Of a stretch of DNA of 22,854 nt, positions 1 through 9,046 are shown in pieces. Under the pieces are notes generated by a model, which was given only the letters and a program-made list of their open reading frames with translations, searched no databases and was not told the origin of the DNA. The stretch comes from Bacteriovoracaceae bacterium (GTDB taxonomy: Bacteria; Bdellovibrionota; Bacteriovoracia; Bacteriovoracales; Bacteriovoracaceae), in the NCBI GenBank assembly GCA_049599895.1, contig JBMYPC010000045.1, positions 1 through 22,854 of the forward strand, given 5' to 3'. The stretch's first letter is position 1. The number at the start of each line of letters is the position of its first letter. Position numbers and translations under genes: made by a program.

Positions 1-7
1 TGTTCTT

Positions 8-2587
8 ATGGGAGCAAGTTGTATGGGATCAGGTAATCCGAATGTCGCAGTCACTGAATTAACAGGGGCCCATACAAGTTCAAAAATTAATTCTTTTTAT
101 TATGATATGAGTTCTGACTCTTGTTATCGTTCAAGAGAGGCCAATTCAAATTCGACTTGGGAAACATACACAGCTCCAGGAATGGTGACTCTTGGTTGGG
201 AGAACTTTACGATTAATGGTGTCGGTTCAATCTCTGGCTTTAATGTGTATAGACGATTAGTTGGGGAGAGTTTTGATTATGATGAACCAATTAATAAAGA
301 GACCATAACGATTAATATTTCAGAGTATCAGGATAACGCTGACAATAGCTGGTCTGCTCCAATTCCGAATACTGTTTATTATTATGAAGTGAGGCCAATT
401 GTTGGTGGACTTTCGACCGGGACCAATGAAATCTATAACACTCTAAGAGTCATGGTTCCTGAAAACAACCAAGTCTTTGTCCATCGCTGGATGGCCAACC
501 AAACCATGTGTACTCTTTTAAATAAAGATTCGATCAGCATTTCTAATGGGGGAATGGATCCTAATAATCATTATCGTTGTGCTTATGAAGGCCCTGGTTC
601 GAGTACCAGTGGCTATTATGACATTGGCATGGACCTTGTTGTCGATCGTTATGAAGTGGGTTGTAACTACACTGATAATAATGTGTGTACGAATACTTTT
701 GATGGATCTTGTATTGGTGATAATGATCCAACATCACTTACCGTCGGTGCTCCAAAAGGGGCGATCTTTTATAATCGAACCAATGGCCAGTGTTACGTCA
801 AAGAGGATTTTGCTTGGGAGGAGCTCGATGCTTTTTGTCGAGGGGCCTTAACGGGAACTCTTGCTGCGAGACCTGGAACTGGAGCTTTAGGTGGACTCTA
901 TCTTGCGACTGACACCAATCAGTGTTTTATCCGAACAGCTTCTGGTTGGGATGAAGTTATTGGTGGCCGAGATTCTGCTCTTGTCAGCCTCTCTCAAGTG
1001 ATGTTTAAAGCAAACTCAGCTCATCTACCACCACTTGTTAATGTGACTCAAAGAGAAGCGGGAGCTTATTGTGCATCCGTGACTGGAGTTAATAATACTG
1101 TTGGGATTAAAACCACATCAGCTAATATCAACTCAAGGCTTCCCAATAGAAAAGAGCATTTGATTTACTCTCAGTGGGATACGAAAAATACGACTGCCAA
1201 TTCTATTACAACGACTGAAGCTGGGCTTTCTCTAAACTCATCATCAAAGTGTAATTCAAATAATGCCTCAGGGTTAGAAAGTTTCTATTCTGATTCTCCT
1301 GTACCATCAAGTTCTGTTTTTTATTCTCTGCCTGGTACCGAAAGCTCTGGAATTCGTTCTGTTATGACGGGATCACATGGCGCCCTTTTAAATACTTTTG
1401 GAACTGAATCGTGCCAGTCTAAGTTTGGTATTCAAGATTCAATTGGTAACGTGAGTGAATGGGTAGGAGAGAGAATGTACTGTTCGAGTCCTACTGAATG
1501 TTATGGGCTTACTCTTGATGAGAACAGACCTTGTCCTACTAAGAGTGTTTGTGGAGCTCTAGGCACTGCTGCTTGTTCTGGTTCGGGTGCACCAACCGAT
1601 CAAGTTGCTTACGTAGGAGCTCTTTATCAGGATACAGATGATAATTCTTGTTATAAGGCAATTTCAACAATTGGTGGAGCCGGAAGTTGGCAGAGAATTG
1701 ATAATCTTTCTTATTATGATGAAGGAAAATCTCTTGCCCTAGGAAGTAATGACTTTAAACCTCATTCAGGTGTAGTCTCAACTCAGTGGGATGTCTTTAA
1801 GTTAGGGGGAACTCCGCTAGACTCTGCAGGTAATAAATATTATTTAGGGCCTTGTAAAGATACTAACGCTGATGATATTTGTGATGACTCCCTCGATGGA
1901 TGGCGTTTTGAGCAAGAGCTTTATGATGCAGGATTTATGTTCGTTCCTATGGGACTTCCTGTTCATAGAGATTTCCCATTCTATGAAAGTAGTGACAGTT
2001 TATTAACTTCCATGGCGGAGATCGGTCCGACTTCTGGAATTACCACAAGTGATCTTCACGATGACGCCTTTTATCTTAATACACATGAAATCTTTGCTGA
2101 TGAAGAGCAATGTGGTGCCATGACTGTAGGAGGTGGCTACACAGACGGTGGAGATGCTGGAAGTTATTTCTTTAAAATGATTCCTTGCTCAGACAGTCAC
2201 CCTGGTTTTGTTAAAGGCTACCGAATCATTGGTGATCTCTCTTATAAATCGATTGGGAGTTCCTCAGTTTCTGTGGAATACGATACTGATATCGCACTTG
2301 ATAGGGCGTTCAGTGTCACGATTGCCGGGGGGGCGATAAGTGTGAACTATGCTGTTGTGGGGGGAGTGCTTCAAACTCACACGGCCCAAGAGATCTTTGA
2401 CGCTCTTAAAGCTGATGCTGGCTTTAACGCTGTTGCAGATGTGGTGATTTCAGGTGTCGCAACTAATAATCAAGCAAGTTTCACTGGAACTCTTTCTCTT
2501 AACACAGACCTCAGTGAAAACTATGGAACAGACATTGGTTTTCGCTGTGTGACACCAATTCAAGAAACTGATTATATTGCAGAATAG
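8..2587 (+). CDS. Large Cys-rich mosaic surface protein, 5'-partial: Fn3-like domain plus split FGE-sulfatase/C-type lectin-fold domain
   Basis: The frame is open to the window edge. Fn3-like segment LGW..SGFNVYRR..YQD..PNTVYYYEVRP. FGE-sulfatase motifs in order: DRYEV, PLVNVTQREAGAYC, RLPNRKE, GIQDSIGNVSEW, GGGY and terminal IGFRC. Confidence 0.7.
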   Translation: MGASCMGSGNPNVAVTELTGAHTSSKINSFYYDMSSDSCYRSREANSNSTWETYTAPGMVTLGWENFTINGVGSISGFNVYRRLVGESFDYDEPINKETITINISEYQDNADNSWSAPIPNTVYYYEVRPIVGGLSTGTNEIYNTLRVMVPENNQVFVHRWMANQTMCTLLNKDSISISNGGMDPNNHYRCAYEGPGSSTSGYYDIGMDLVVDRYEVGCNYTDNNVCTNTFDGSCIGDNDPTSLTVGAPKGAIFYNRTNGQCYVKEDFAWEELDAFCRGALTGTLAARPGTGALGGLYLATDTNQCFIRTASGWDEVIGGRDSALVSLSQVMFKANSAHLPPLVNVTQREAGAYCASVTGVNNTVGIKTTSANINSRLPNRKEHLIYSQWDTKNTTANSITTTEAGLSLNSSSKCNSNNASGLESFYSDSPVPSSSVFYSLPGTESSGIRSVMTGSHGALLNTFGTESCQSKFGIQDSIGNVSEWVGERMYCSSPTECYGLTLDENRPCPTKSVCGALGTAACSGSGAPTDQVAYVGALYQDTDDNSCYKAISTIGGAGSWQRIDNLSYYDEGKSLALGSNDFKPHSGVVSTQWDVFKLGGTPLDSAGNKYYLGPCKDTNADDICDDSLDGWRFEQELYDAGFMFVPMGLPVHRDFPFYESSDSLLTSMAEIGPTSGITTSDLHDDAFYLNTHEIFADEEQCGAMTVGGGYTDGGDAGSYFFKMIPCSDSHPGFVKGYRIIGDLSYKSIGSSSVSVEYDTDIALDRAFSVTIAGGAISVNYAVVGGVLQTHTAQEIFDALKADAGFNAVADVVISGVATNNQASFTGTLSLNTDLSENYGTDIGFRCVTPIQETDYIAE

Positions 2588-2745
2588 TCTAAATTCTTAA
2601 AATCACTTTAAAACTTTTCGTTTCTTAACCCTAAACTAATTCTTGTCCTGGCATTCTCCAAATGGCCAGACCCTCTGAAAAACGCTACAATTTCACCGAC
2701 TTTCGATCACGGACAGAACTTTTTTATCAAAAGGACGAAACACAC

Positions 2746-3645
2746 ATGGGCCTATTTAGCAGAAAGAAAAGTAAAAACGAAGATCATCGAGAACGTTCCT
2801 CTGGCCAAAAACAGGCTAAAGTCATTGCCTTTCTCAATCAAAAGGGAGGAGTAGGGAAAACCACGATGGCCTATAATGTGGCCCACGCCTTAGCTAAAAA
2901 AGGAAAAAAGGTTTTGGCCCTCGACCTTGATCCCCAGGCCAACCTCTCAATGCTTTTTGAAAATAAAGAAGAAACAGAAGATCTTCGTTATGAACATCAT
3001 GTCTTTCATCTTCTTTTAAATTCGATTCGAGAACTCAAAGCGATTCATTCTCCTGTTTTAGTCAGTGAAGTGATTAATACACAAAATAGTGTTGATCTTT
3101 TGCCTTCTGGGCAAGAACTTTCAGGCTTTGAGTTAACCGTTGCAGGAGTGAATTGTCCAAGACAACTGATCTTAAAAAACTTTCTTCAAAAATCAGATCT
3201 TGCTCATCTTTATGATGTGATTATTATCGACTGTCCTCCAACTTTAGGACTTTTGGTTGTGAATGCTCTTTGTGCGAGTCATGGAGTGATGGTTCCCTTT
3301 AGACCAGATGATTTTTCAAGGCGAGGGCTTGAGCATCTTGATGAAGTGCTTGAAGACATAACAGATATGGGGATAGGGGCGAATCCCAAGGTTGTCGCCT
3401 ATATTCCAAATCTTGTGGATTCACGAAGGAAGCAAGAGTCTGAGGACCTTGAAAGTCTTTGCCAAAAGTATAATGAAGAAAACCTTGGAAAAGATGTTAG
3501 ACCATTTTTCAATCGGGCCCAGCTTGTGAAGGCCCAAAGCCAAAGAAAATCTGTATTTGAATTTAAGAATAAAGAATATGATGAGCTTAAGGTTCAATTT
3601 GAGAAACTTGCTGATCTTATTGAGGAGTTTGAAAGTGTCCAGTAA
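2746..3645 (+). CDS. ParA/Soj/MinD-family ATPase (orphan, no parB adjacent)
   Basis: Deviant Walker A NQKGGVGKTT, DLDPQANL, IIIDCPPTLG. Start moved from 2662 to ATG 2746 (AAGGA at 2731-2735). Confidence 0.92.
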   Translation: MGLFSRKKSKNEDHRERSSGQKQAKVIAFLNQKGGVGKTTMAYNVAHALAKKGKKVLALDLDPQANLSMLFENKEETEDLRYEHHVFHLLLNSIRELKAIHSPVLVSEVINTQNSVDLLPSGQELSGFELTVAGVNCPRQLILKNFLQKSDLAHLYDVIIIDCPPTLGLLVVNALCASHGVMVPFRPDDFSRRGLEHLDEVLEDITDMGIGANPKVVAYIPNLVDSRRKQESEDLESLCQKYNEENLGKDVRPFFNRAQLVKAQSQRKSVFEFKNKEYDELKVQFEKLADLIEEFESVQ

Positions 3646-3901
3646 AAGAAAAAACCCTCTTTATGTTGTCACCAATAAAGGTGTTGATATTGAAACAGCG
3701 AATAATATCATTGACGCTCTCTTTAAGAGGCTTGGTCTTGATTCTATTTACAAATACTTTGAAATGCTAATTGAAGGGATTGTCACCAGTCTCAAAGACT
3801 TCTCAACAATTCCAGGTGTTTTAAAATCGTTTCAAGAATTCTTGGATGATCTTATCAAACGAATGCAACTTTTTATTAATATTGTTTCTTCCCAAGCGTA
3901 A
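3635..3901 (+). CDS. 88-aa hypothetical helical protein overlapping the parA stop; candidate ParA partner
   Basis: GTG at 3635 with GAGGAG at 3622-3627, same frame as track ORF 3557..3901. Begins MSSKRKNPLY, followed by amphipathic-looking helices. Confidence 0.75.
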   Translation: MSSKRKNPLYVVTNKGVDIETANNIIDALFKRLGLDSIYKYFEMLIEGIVTSLKDFSTIPGVLKSFQEFLDDLIKRMQLFINIVSSQA

Positions 3902-3931
3902 AACCAAAAAATATTTTAAATGGGCCAAACT

Positions 3932-6742
3932 ATGAAAACACTTCTTCTAGGGATCTTTGCTATCATGTCCTTTACTAACTGTGCTGCCAATTCATCAACT
4001 TTTAAGCAGAACCTTTTTAATGAAAAGGCCGTCAGTGCTTTTTGGGTCAAGCCCAATCAAATAGAACTTCGATTTGAAAAATCATTTATCGGTCGAAACT
4101 TTAAAGTCTCCGTTGAAAATGATCAAAGAAGTTTTGATCTAGGACAAAAGAGCCCCAGAAATGGTGTGGTTCATTTAACGTTTGGACCAAAGATAAAGAA
4201 TTTCTTTTCTTCTGATAAGCAGGGGCGTTCAAGTTGGTTTGTCACTGTGGATGGGATTAGAAAAAAAGTTTATTTTGACTTTCATTATCTTAACCATCAT
4301 TTCACCACGAAAGATAAAAAGCTAGGGGTTCATATTGAGAACAGCTCTGCTCTATTCTCACTTTGGTCTCCATCCGCTGAAGAAGTTCATCTTGAAGTTT
4401 ATAAAGGAAATAAAAAACTCGGTGTTTTTCCTCTTAAATATGATGAAAAAGGTGTTTGGAAGACAAAACTTTCTAAGAAAAATTTGAATATTTCTTCTTT
4501 TGATAAGCTTGGCTATGGATACAATGTGAAGGCATTTGGGACTTGGAAAAAGGCCCTTGATCCTTATGCCATGTCCATGCGGGCTTTTAAGCCTCATCAG
4601 GTCGGAGGAAGAAATGCACTTGGGCTTGGAGTTATTTTAGAGAATTTCGATACCCAGAAAATTCATAGGCCGATTCAAAACCTAAAGAATGCCGGAGAGT
4701 ATATTGGTTATGAAATTCATGTTCGTGATGCCACTATTGCTGACACACGTGTTCCAAAGAACTTAAGAGGAACTTATAAAGGCTTCTCTTATATTCTTGA
4801 TGAGATTAAAGATCTTGGTATTACCCATATTCAGTTTCTCCCACTACAAAATTTCTATACCGTTGATGAAGCTGATAAATCTTACCAAGACGAAGGAAAA
4901 CCAAAAAATAATATTAATTATAACTGGGGCTATGATCCTCATAACTATTTTACACCTGAGGGATGGTATTCAACCAATGCTTCTGATCCTTATCGCCGGA
5001 TTCATGAACTTCAAGAGATGGTCCAAAACGTTCACGCTAAAGGAATGGGAGCGATTCTCGATGTTGTCTACAATCACCTTTATGATGAACAGATTCTTTT
5101 AAATGCAGCAGAGGGCTGCTATCTCAGACGAACGAACACTGGTGAGATTTCTTATCACTCAGGCGCCGGGGCAAGTCTTGAGTCAAGAAACCATATGGTC
5201 AGAAGACTGATGATAGATAGTCTTAAGCATTGGAAGAATGTTTATGGCTTTGATGGTTTTCGTTTTGACCTTATGGGCTTTCATGATCAAGAAACCATGG
5301 TCGAGGTGAGAAAGGCCCTTGGTAAAGATGTTATTGTTTACGGTGAAGCGTGGGAATTTTCAGATCTTCCGATGAATCAGGCGACAACTAAGTCTCAAAT
5401 GCCAAAGGACGCTACTTTGTCGGCTTTTAATGATAGTTCTCGTGATAGCTATGCTGGCTGGATGCAAACTCCTGGGTTTGTTCAAGGTAAGAGTTTTGAT
5501 CTGCCTAAAGTCTATGCTGCATTAATGGGGGGATTGAAGAGCTATCCTCATCACGGCTTTATTAGTCAGGATGCCTATCATCGTTTTTCAGAGTCGCCAC
5601 TTGAGACTCTGCAGTTTCTTTCAATTCATGATGGCTTCACTTTATGGGATAAGATCAATCTTTCCTATAAAGGAAAGAAAGACCTACGGACTCAACTTGT
5701 CAAACAATCCATGGCCATGCTTTTAACTTCTCAGGGGAAAGTGATTCTTCATGCTGGAAGTGAACTTGGAAGATCTAAACCGCTTGCCACAAATGATCCA
5801 AATCCAGATCGCGCTCATACGACAAAACAAGTGAACATGGAAAATGGAATTAAAAAGTTTCATGAAAATACTTATCGTTCCCCGGATAAAACAAACCAAA
5901 TTCTTTGGGGACTTAAAGAGAAAAATAAAGATCTTTATAGGTACGTAAAAGGCTTGATTGAGTTTAGACGAAATGTCCCAGGGCTTCGTTATGAACGAGC
6001 GGACAGTGTTTCGAGAGGTCTTAAATTTTACCCCGAACTTTTTGGAAACCGTGATCCTGTTCCTCATCCTGATGGGCCTTATTCTGATTTTAAGGATCCA
6101 AACCTTTCTGCAATCACTATTAAGTTTATACAGGCTCCGGATGAGCTAAAGGGAAAAAGAGTTTATCTTGCGGGAGAAATTCATTCAGGGACAGATAAAA
6201 ATCCAGCAAATAACTCTTATAGTGTTCAGCTCGATTCAAATGGAAAAGGTGAGATTGTCTTAAACCGAAATCAGGTTTTAAACTTTGATTTTACGGCATG
6301 GTCTGACCCAGAGGCCCTACAGTTTAAAGTTGTCCAAACTCCAGGGAAGTGGGATTCACCAAAGTCCGCTTATTCGGATCTTGGTAATAACTCTTTTAGA
6401 GCAAAAGATCTTGCCCGAAGTGGAGAAGTCATTATTGATCTTAGTATTATGAATTATTCTCCTGGTACTAGTCATGATCAAGGTGAAGCTGTTATTGCTT
6501 ATCTGATTGATAACCAGCTTGAGTCATCGGCAAATAATCAATCGAACCTAAAGAAAGTTTTTATTGTTCACAATGCTCTTCAAAAGCCGAAACGGCTTAA
6601 GCTTCCGGACCCTCATATGAATTGGGAAGTTTATGGCGATGGAGAGCAAGTGGGCCTAACTCCAATAGCAAATTCTGAAGTTTTTATTGGAAAAGGCTTT
6701 GTAACTGTTCCTTCACATAGTTCAGCGATCCTGGCCTATTAA
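3932..6742 (+). CDS. pulA: Type I pullulanase (GH13 alpha-1,6 debranching enzyme), probable lipoprotein
   Basis: YNWGYDP signature, DVVYNH, DGFRFDLMG (nucleophile), YGEAW (acid/base), SIHD, CBM48-like FSLWSPSA..GVW..DPYA. N-terminus MKTLLLGIFAIMSFTNC is lipobox-like. Start could be 3920. Confidence 0.9.
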   Translation: MKTLLLGIFAIMSFTNCAANSSTFKQNLFNEKAVSAFWVKPNQIELRFEKSFIGRNFKVSVENDQRSFDLGQKSPRNGVVHLTFGPKIKNFFSSDKQGRSSWFVTVDGIRKKVYFDFHYLNHHFTTKDKKLGVHIENSSALFSLWSPSAEEVHLEVYKGNKKLGVFPLKYDEKGVWKTKLSKKNLNISSFDKLGYGYNVKAFGTWKKALDPYAMSMRAFKPHQVGGRNALGLGVILENFDTQKIHRPIQNLKNAGEYIGYEIHVRDATIADTRVPKNLRGTYKGFSYILDEIKDLGITHIQFLPLQNFYTVDEADKSYQDEGKPKNNINYNWGYDPHNYFTPEGWYSTNASDPYRRIHELQEMVQNVHAKGMGAILDVVYNHLYDEQILLNAAEGCYLRRTNTGEISYHSGAGASLESRNHMVRRLMIDSLKHWKNVYGFDGFRFDLMGFHDQETMVEVRKALGKDVIVYGEAWEFSDLPMNQATTKSQMPKDATLSAFNDSSRDSYAGWMQTPGFVQGKSFDLPKVYAALMGGLKSYPHHGFISQDAYHRFSESPLETLQFLSIHDGFTLWDKINLSYKGKKDLRTQLVKQSMAMLLTSQGKVILHAGSELGRSKPLATNDPNPDRAHTTKQVNMENGIKKFHENTYRSPDKTNQILWGLKEKNKDLYRYVKGLIEFRRNVPGLRYERADSVSRGLKFYPELFGNRDPVPHPDGPYSDFKDPNLSAITIKFIQAPDELKGKRVYLAGEIHSGTDKNPANNSYSVQLDSNGKGEIVLNRNQVLNFDFTAWSDPEALQFKVVQTPGKWDSPKSAYSDLGNNSFRAKDLARSGEVIIDLSIMNYSPGTSHDQGEAVIAYLIDNQLESSANNQSNLKKVFIVHNALQKPKRLKLPDPHMNWEVYGDGEQVGLTPIANSEVFIGKGFVTVPSHSSAILAY

Positions 6743-6753
6743 AAGTGATTGAG

Positions 6754-7232
6754 ATGAAAACTTTTACATTTTTTTGAGTTTGTACTTTGTTTTTAATGCT
6801 CAAGCTTCGCCAACATTTTCTAAGCTTGAGTTTTCAAAACTTATCGAAAATAAACAGCACCGTAGCGGATTTGTGACTGATGATAAGCATATTTTTGATA
6901 TCTATGGTTTGAAACAAAGAAAAATCCTTATAGTGGCCACGAGTCGAAAAACTGAGACCATCACAGATCAGCTTATTGTAAAATTGACTGAAGAAGAAAG
7001 CATTGCAGATATTGTTCCTTTCTCTTGTAGTTTTAAAAGTCGATCACGGAGTAACACTTTGTTTGGAATTTTTAATAAGAAACAAGCCAAACAATCAGAC
7101 TCATTTCCAGCGAAAAATGCCTATTTTGTCAAGGCGAATGGTGGGATTGCAAAAGTCAGAAAAATTCGAGAAGTTCATTATAATTGGACACCTGCTTCCG
7201 ATGAAGAGTTTCCAACATTTTTTCCAAAATAA
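6754..7232 (+). CDS. Exported hypothetical protein with apparent 1-nt frameshift in a T7 run of its signal peptide
   Basis: ATG 6754 gives MKTFTFF-stop. One extra T in 6769-6775 joins it to ORF 6774..7232, giving MKTFTFFLSLYFVFNAQA|SP. Confidence 0.6.
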
Positions 7233-7235
7233 AGA

Positions 7236-8531
7236 TTAAAAGAAAGTCGCTAACGGAAGTCCAATTGAGAGTCCGTACATAGCGGCGTCAACACCGGCAT
7301 AGCCCCATTTGATATAGTTGAGCTCCCAAAACATTCCTTTTCCCCAACGGATCCAAAGGTTGGCGTACTCCTCGGTATCTGAAGGTGAAAGGAACATTCC
7401 ATAAACGATCTTATAGTTTTCGATACCAAAGGCATGATCAAGACTAATCTCAAAACCTTGAGGGAAAATAGCGTTGTGCTGAAAAGGGTGGTCTTTATCG
7501 ATTCTAAAGGAGAGGGCCTGAGCACCTAAAAGTGGGACTATGGTTATCCTGCCATCAAGAACTTCGGCTAGAAGGTAAGAGAAGTAAAAACCAAAGTTAT
7601 TAAAAATAGCTTTATTGGCGATAAAAGCATCAAAGAACTTAAATGAAGATGAACCAACCAGGTCGTAGCGTCCATAGAGAAAAAGTGCTGGCGCCACTCG
7701 ATTACCATTATCAATATTTTCTTCATCGTTAGAAAGTGAAGCATTAAAGGCATAAGGGCCAATTCCCCAGGCCGTAAACATTCGAGGGATATGTTTGGCC
7801 AGTTTGGCCTTAATTTTAATTTTTCTTATTCGATCATTTCGATCTTTAACAAGAGCTTCGAGGCTTCCCGTTTCGTGAAGAAAACCAAAAAACGGTGAAG
7901 GTGTTCCATCTAAGAGTTCGTAATTTGTTGCCGACCAAATAATTTTTAAACGTGGTTTCGAGTCATGCCATCTTCCAACTTTTTCAAGCCTGCAACCAAC
8001 TGAGACATACTCATTGTCGAGACCAATAATTTTTATTTGATATTTAGAGCAGCTATAGTCAATGAGCTGGGTCTTCTTTCCTTTGACCTGCGGTTGAGCT
8101 TCAATTTTGATTGTGGCGACTCTTTTATTTTTTCGATAAAGATGAATGGCATCAGAAGCAAAGAGATTGACATAAACTTGAGTGAGACTGGCCTTTTTCT
8201 TTTTATGAAAAACGAGGTTTTGATCAAGGTACTTAAGATAATAAAAATCTTTTTTATCACGAATGAGAATACGCATTCTCGCTCTTGGAGTCAGAAGGTT
8301 ATCCTCACTTCTGACCCACTGAACTGATTCCTTAATAAAGCCGGGTTTGATAACTAGTTTTTTTTTCGTGTGATACTTCACTCGAATTTTAAATTGCTTA
8401 AGATCAATCGGAAGTCGGTTTTGTGCAAGTTTAACTGGTCCAAAGACTGCTGCTTGGGTTTGAGTGGGGATACTTAGAGCAAATGCTATTGCTAAATAAA
8501 ATAAAGCGAATTGAGAAAAGAGAACTTTGAT
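7236..8531 (-). CDS. Exported protein with C-terminal outer-membrane beta-barrel-like region; probable ATC start
   Basis: The frame is open upstream of GTG 8381 to TAA at 8558-8556 and encodes (I)KVLFSQFALFYLAIAFALSIPTQTQA|AV. The C-terminal half has alternating aromatic/Gly strands and ends in Phe. Confidence 0.7.
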   Translation of the reverse strand: MKVLFSQFALFYLAIAFALSIPTQTQAAVFGPVKLAQNRLPIDLKQFKIRVKYHTKKKLVIKPGFIKESVQWVRSEDNLLTPRARMRILIRDKKDFYYLKYLDQNLVFHKKKKASLTQVYVNLFASDAIHLYRKNKRVATIKIEAQPQVKGKKTQLIDYSCSKYQIKIIGLDNEYVSVGCRLEKVGRWHDSKPRLKIIWSATNYELLDGTPSPFFGFLHETGSLEALVKDRNDRIRKIKIKAKLAKHIPRMFTAWGIGPYAFNASLSNDEENIDNGNRVAPALFLYGRYDLVGSSSFKFFDAFIANKAIFNNFGFYFSYLLAEVLDGRITIVPLLGAQALSFRIDKDHPFQHNAIFPQGFEISLDHAFGIENYKIVYGMFLSPSDTEEYANLWIRWGKGMFWELNYIKWGYAGVDAAMYGLSIGLPLATFF

Positions 8532-8635
8532 GAGTAAGCCTTTGCTTGAGTCTTGTTATAACTGTGCTTTAATTTTAACAAAATTTTCTTTTTACGGAGA
8601 GCATTAGAAACAGATGGGAAGAAGTGCCTAGAGCT

Positions 8636-9031
8636 TTAGCGTGAGCGAACTCTTAATTTTCGAGTTCCAGGTTTACTGTCTTTTTTTATGGCACTTTGTT
8701 GAATGCTGATTTCATCTTCAAGAGGGCCTGATGGTCTACTCTGAGTGGGATTTTCTTCGATGTCGTCGGGTAAGAATGCTGTTTTAGATCGGTTTTTTTT
8801 CTTTTGATCTTTGAGCTGAGTTGAAAGCCATTGCTGATCCTCAGCTTCTTTTTTATTTTGTTCAGTCAGGGATTCTTTTTTGGCCCAACTCTCAAGCCCT
8901 GATAGAAGCTCTGAGTATATGTCATGGTCCTTTTTAAGCTTTTTTGGGGAGACTTGGTTCCCTAATGCGTGTTGAGTCAGAAGGCCTGACACGATGAGAG
9001 CGATGACATATAGATGAAGCTTTAGTTTCAT
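8636..9031 (-). CDS. Exported hypothetical protein
   Basis: ATG 9031 gives signal peptide MKLKLHLYVIALIVSGLLTQHALG and a charged mature region. This start avoids overlap with queA. Confidence 0.7.
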   Translation of the reverse strand: MKLKLHLYVIALIVSGLLTQHALGNQVSPKKLKKDHDIYSELLSGLESWAKKESLTEQNKKEAEDQQWLSTQLKDQKKKNRSKTAFLPDDIEENPTQSRPSGPLEDEISIQQSAIKKDSKPGTRKLRVRSR

Positions 9032-9046
9032 AGGAATTATTTTGTC

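Noticed and set aside
8..2587. Diversity-generating retroelement target (C-terminal CLec fold)
   Set aside because: No template repeat or reverse transcriptase was seen in the window; a remote DGR cannot be excluded.
2676..2702. FliA-type promoter for parA (TGAA-N15-ACCGACTT)
   Set aside because: Too many mismatches to the consensus to support.
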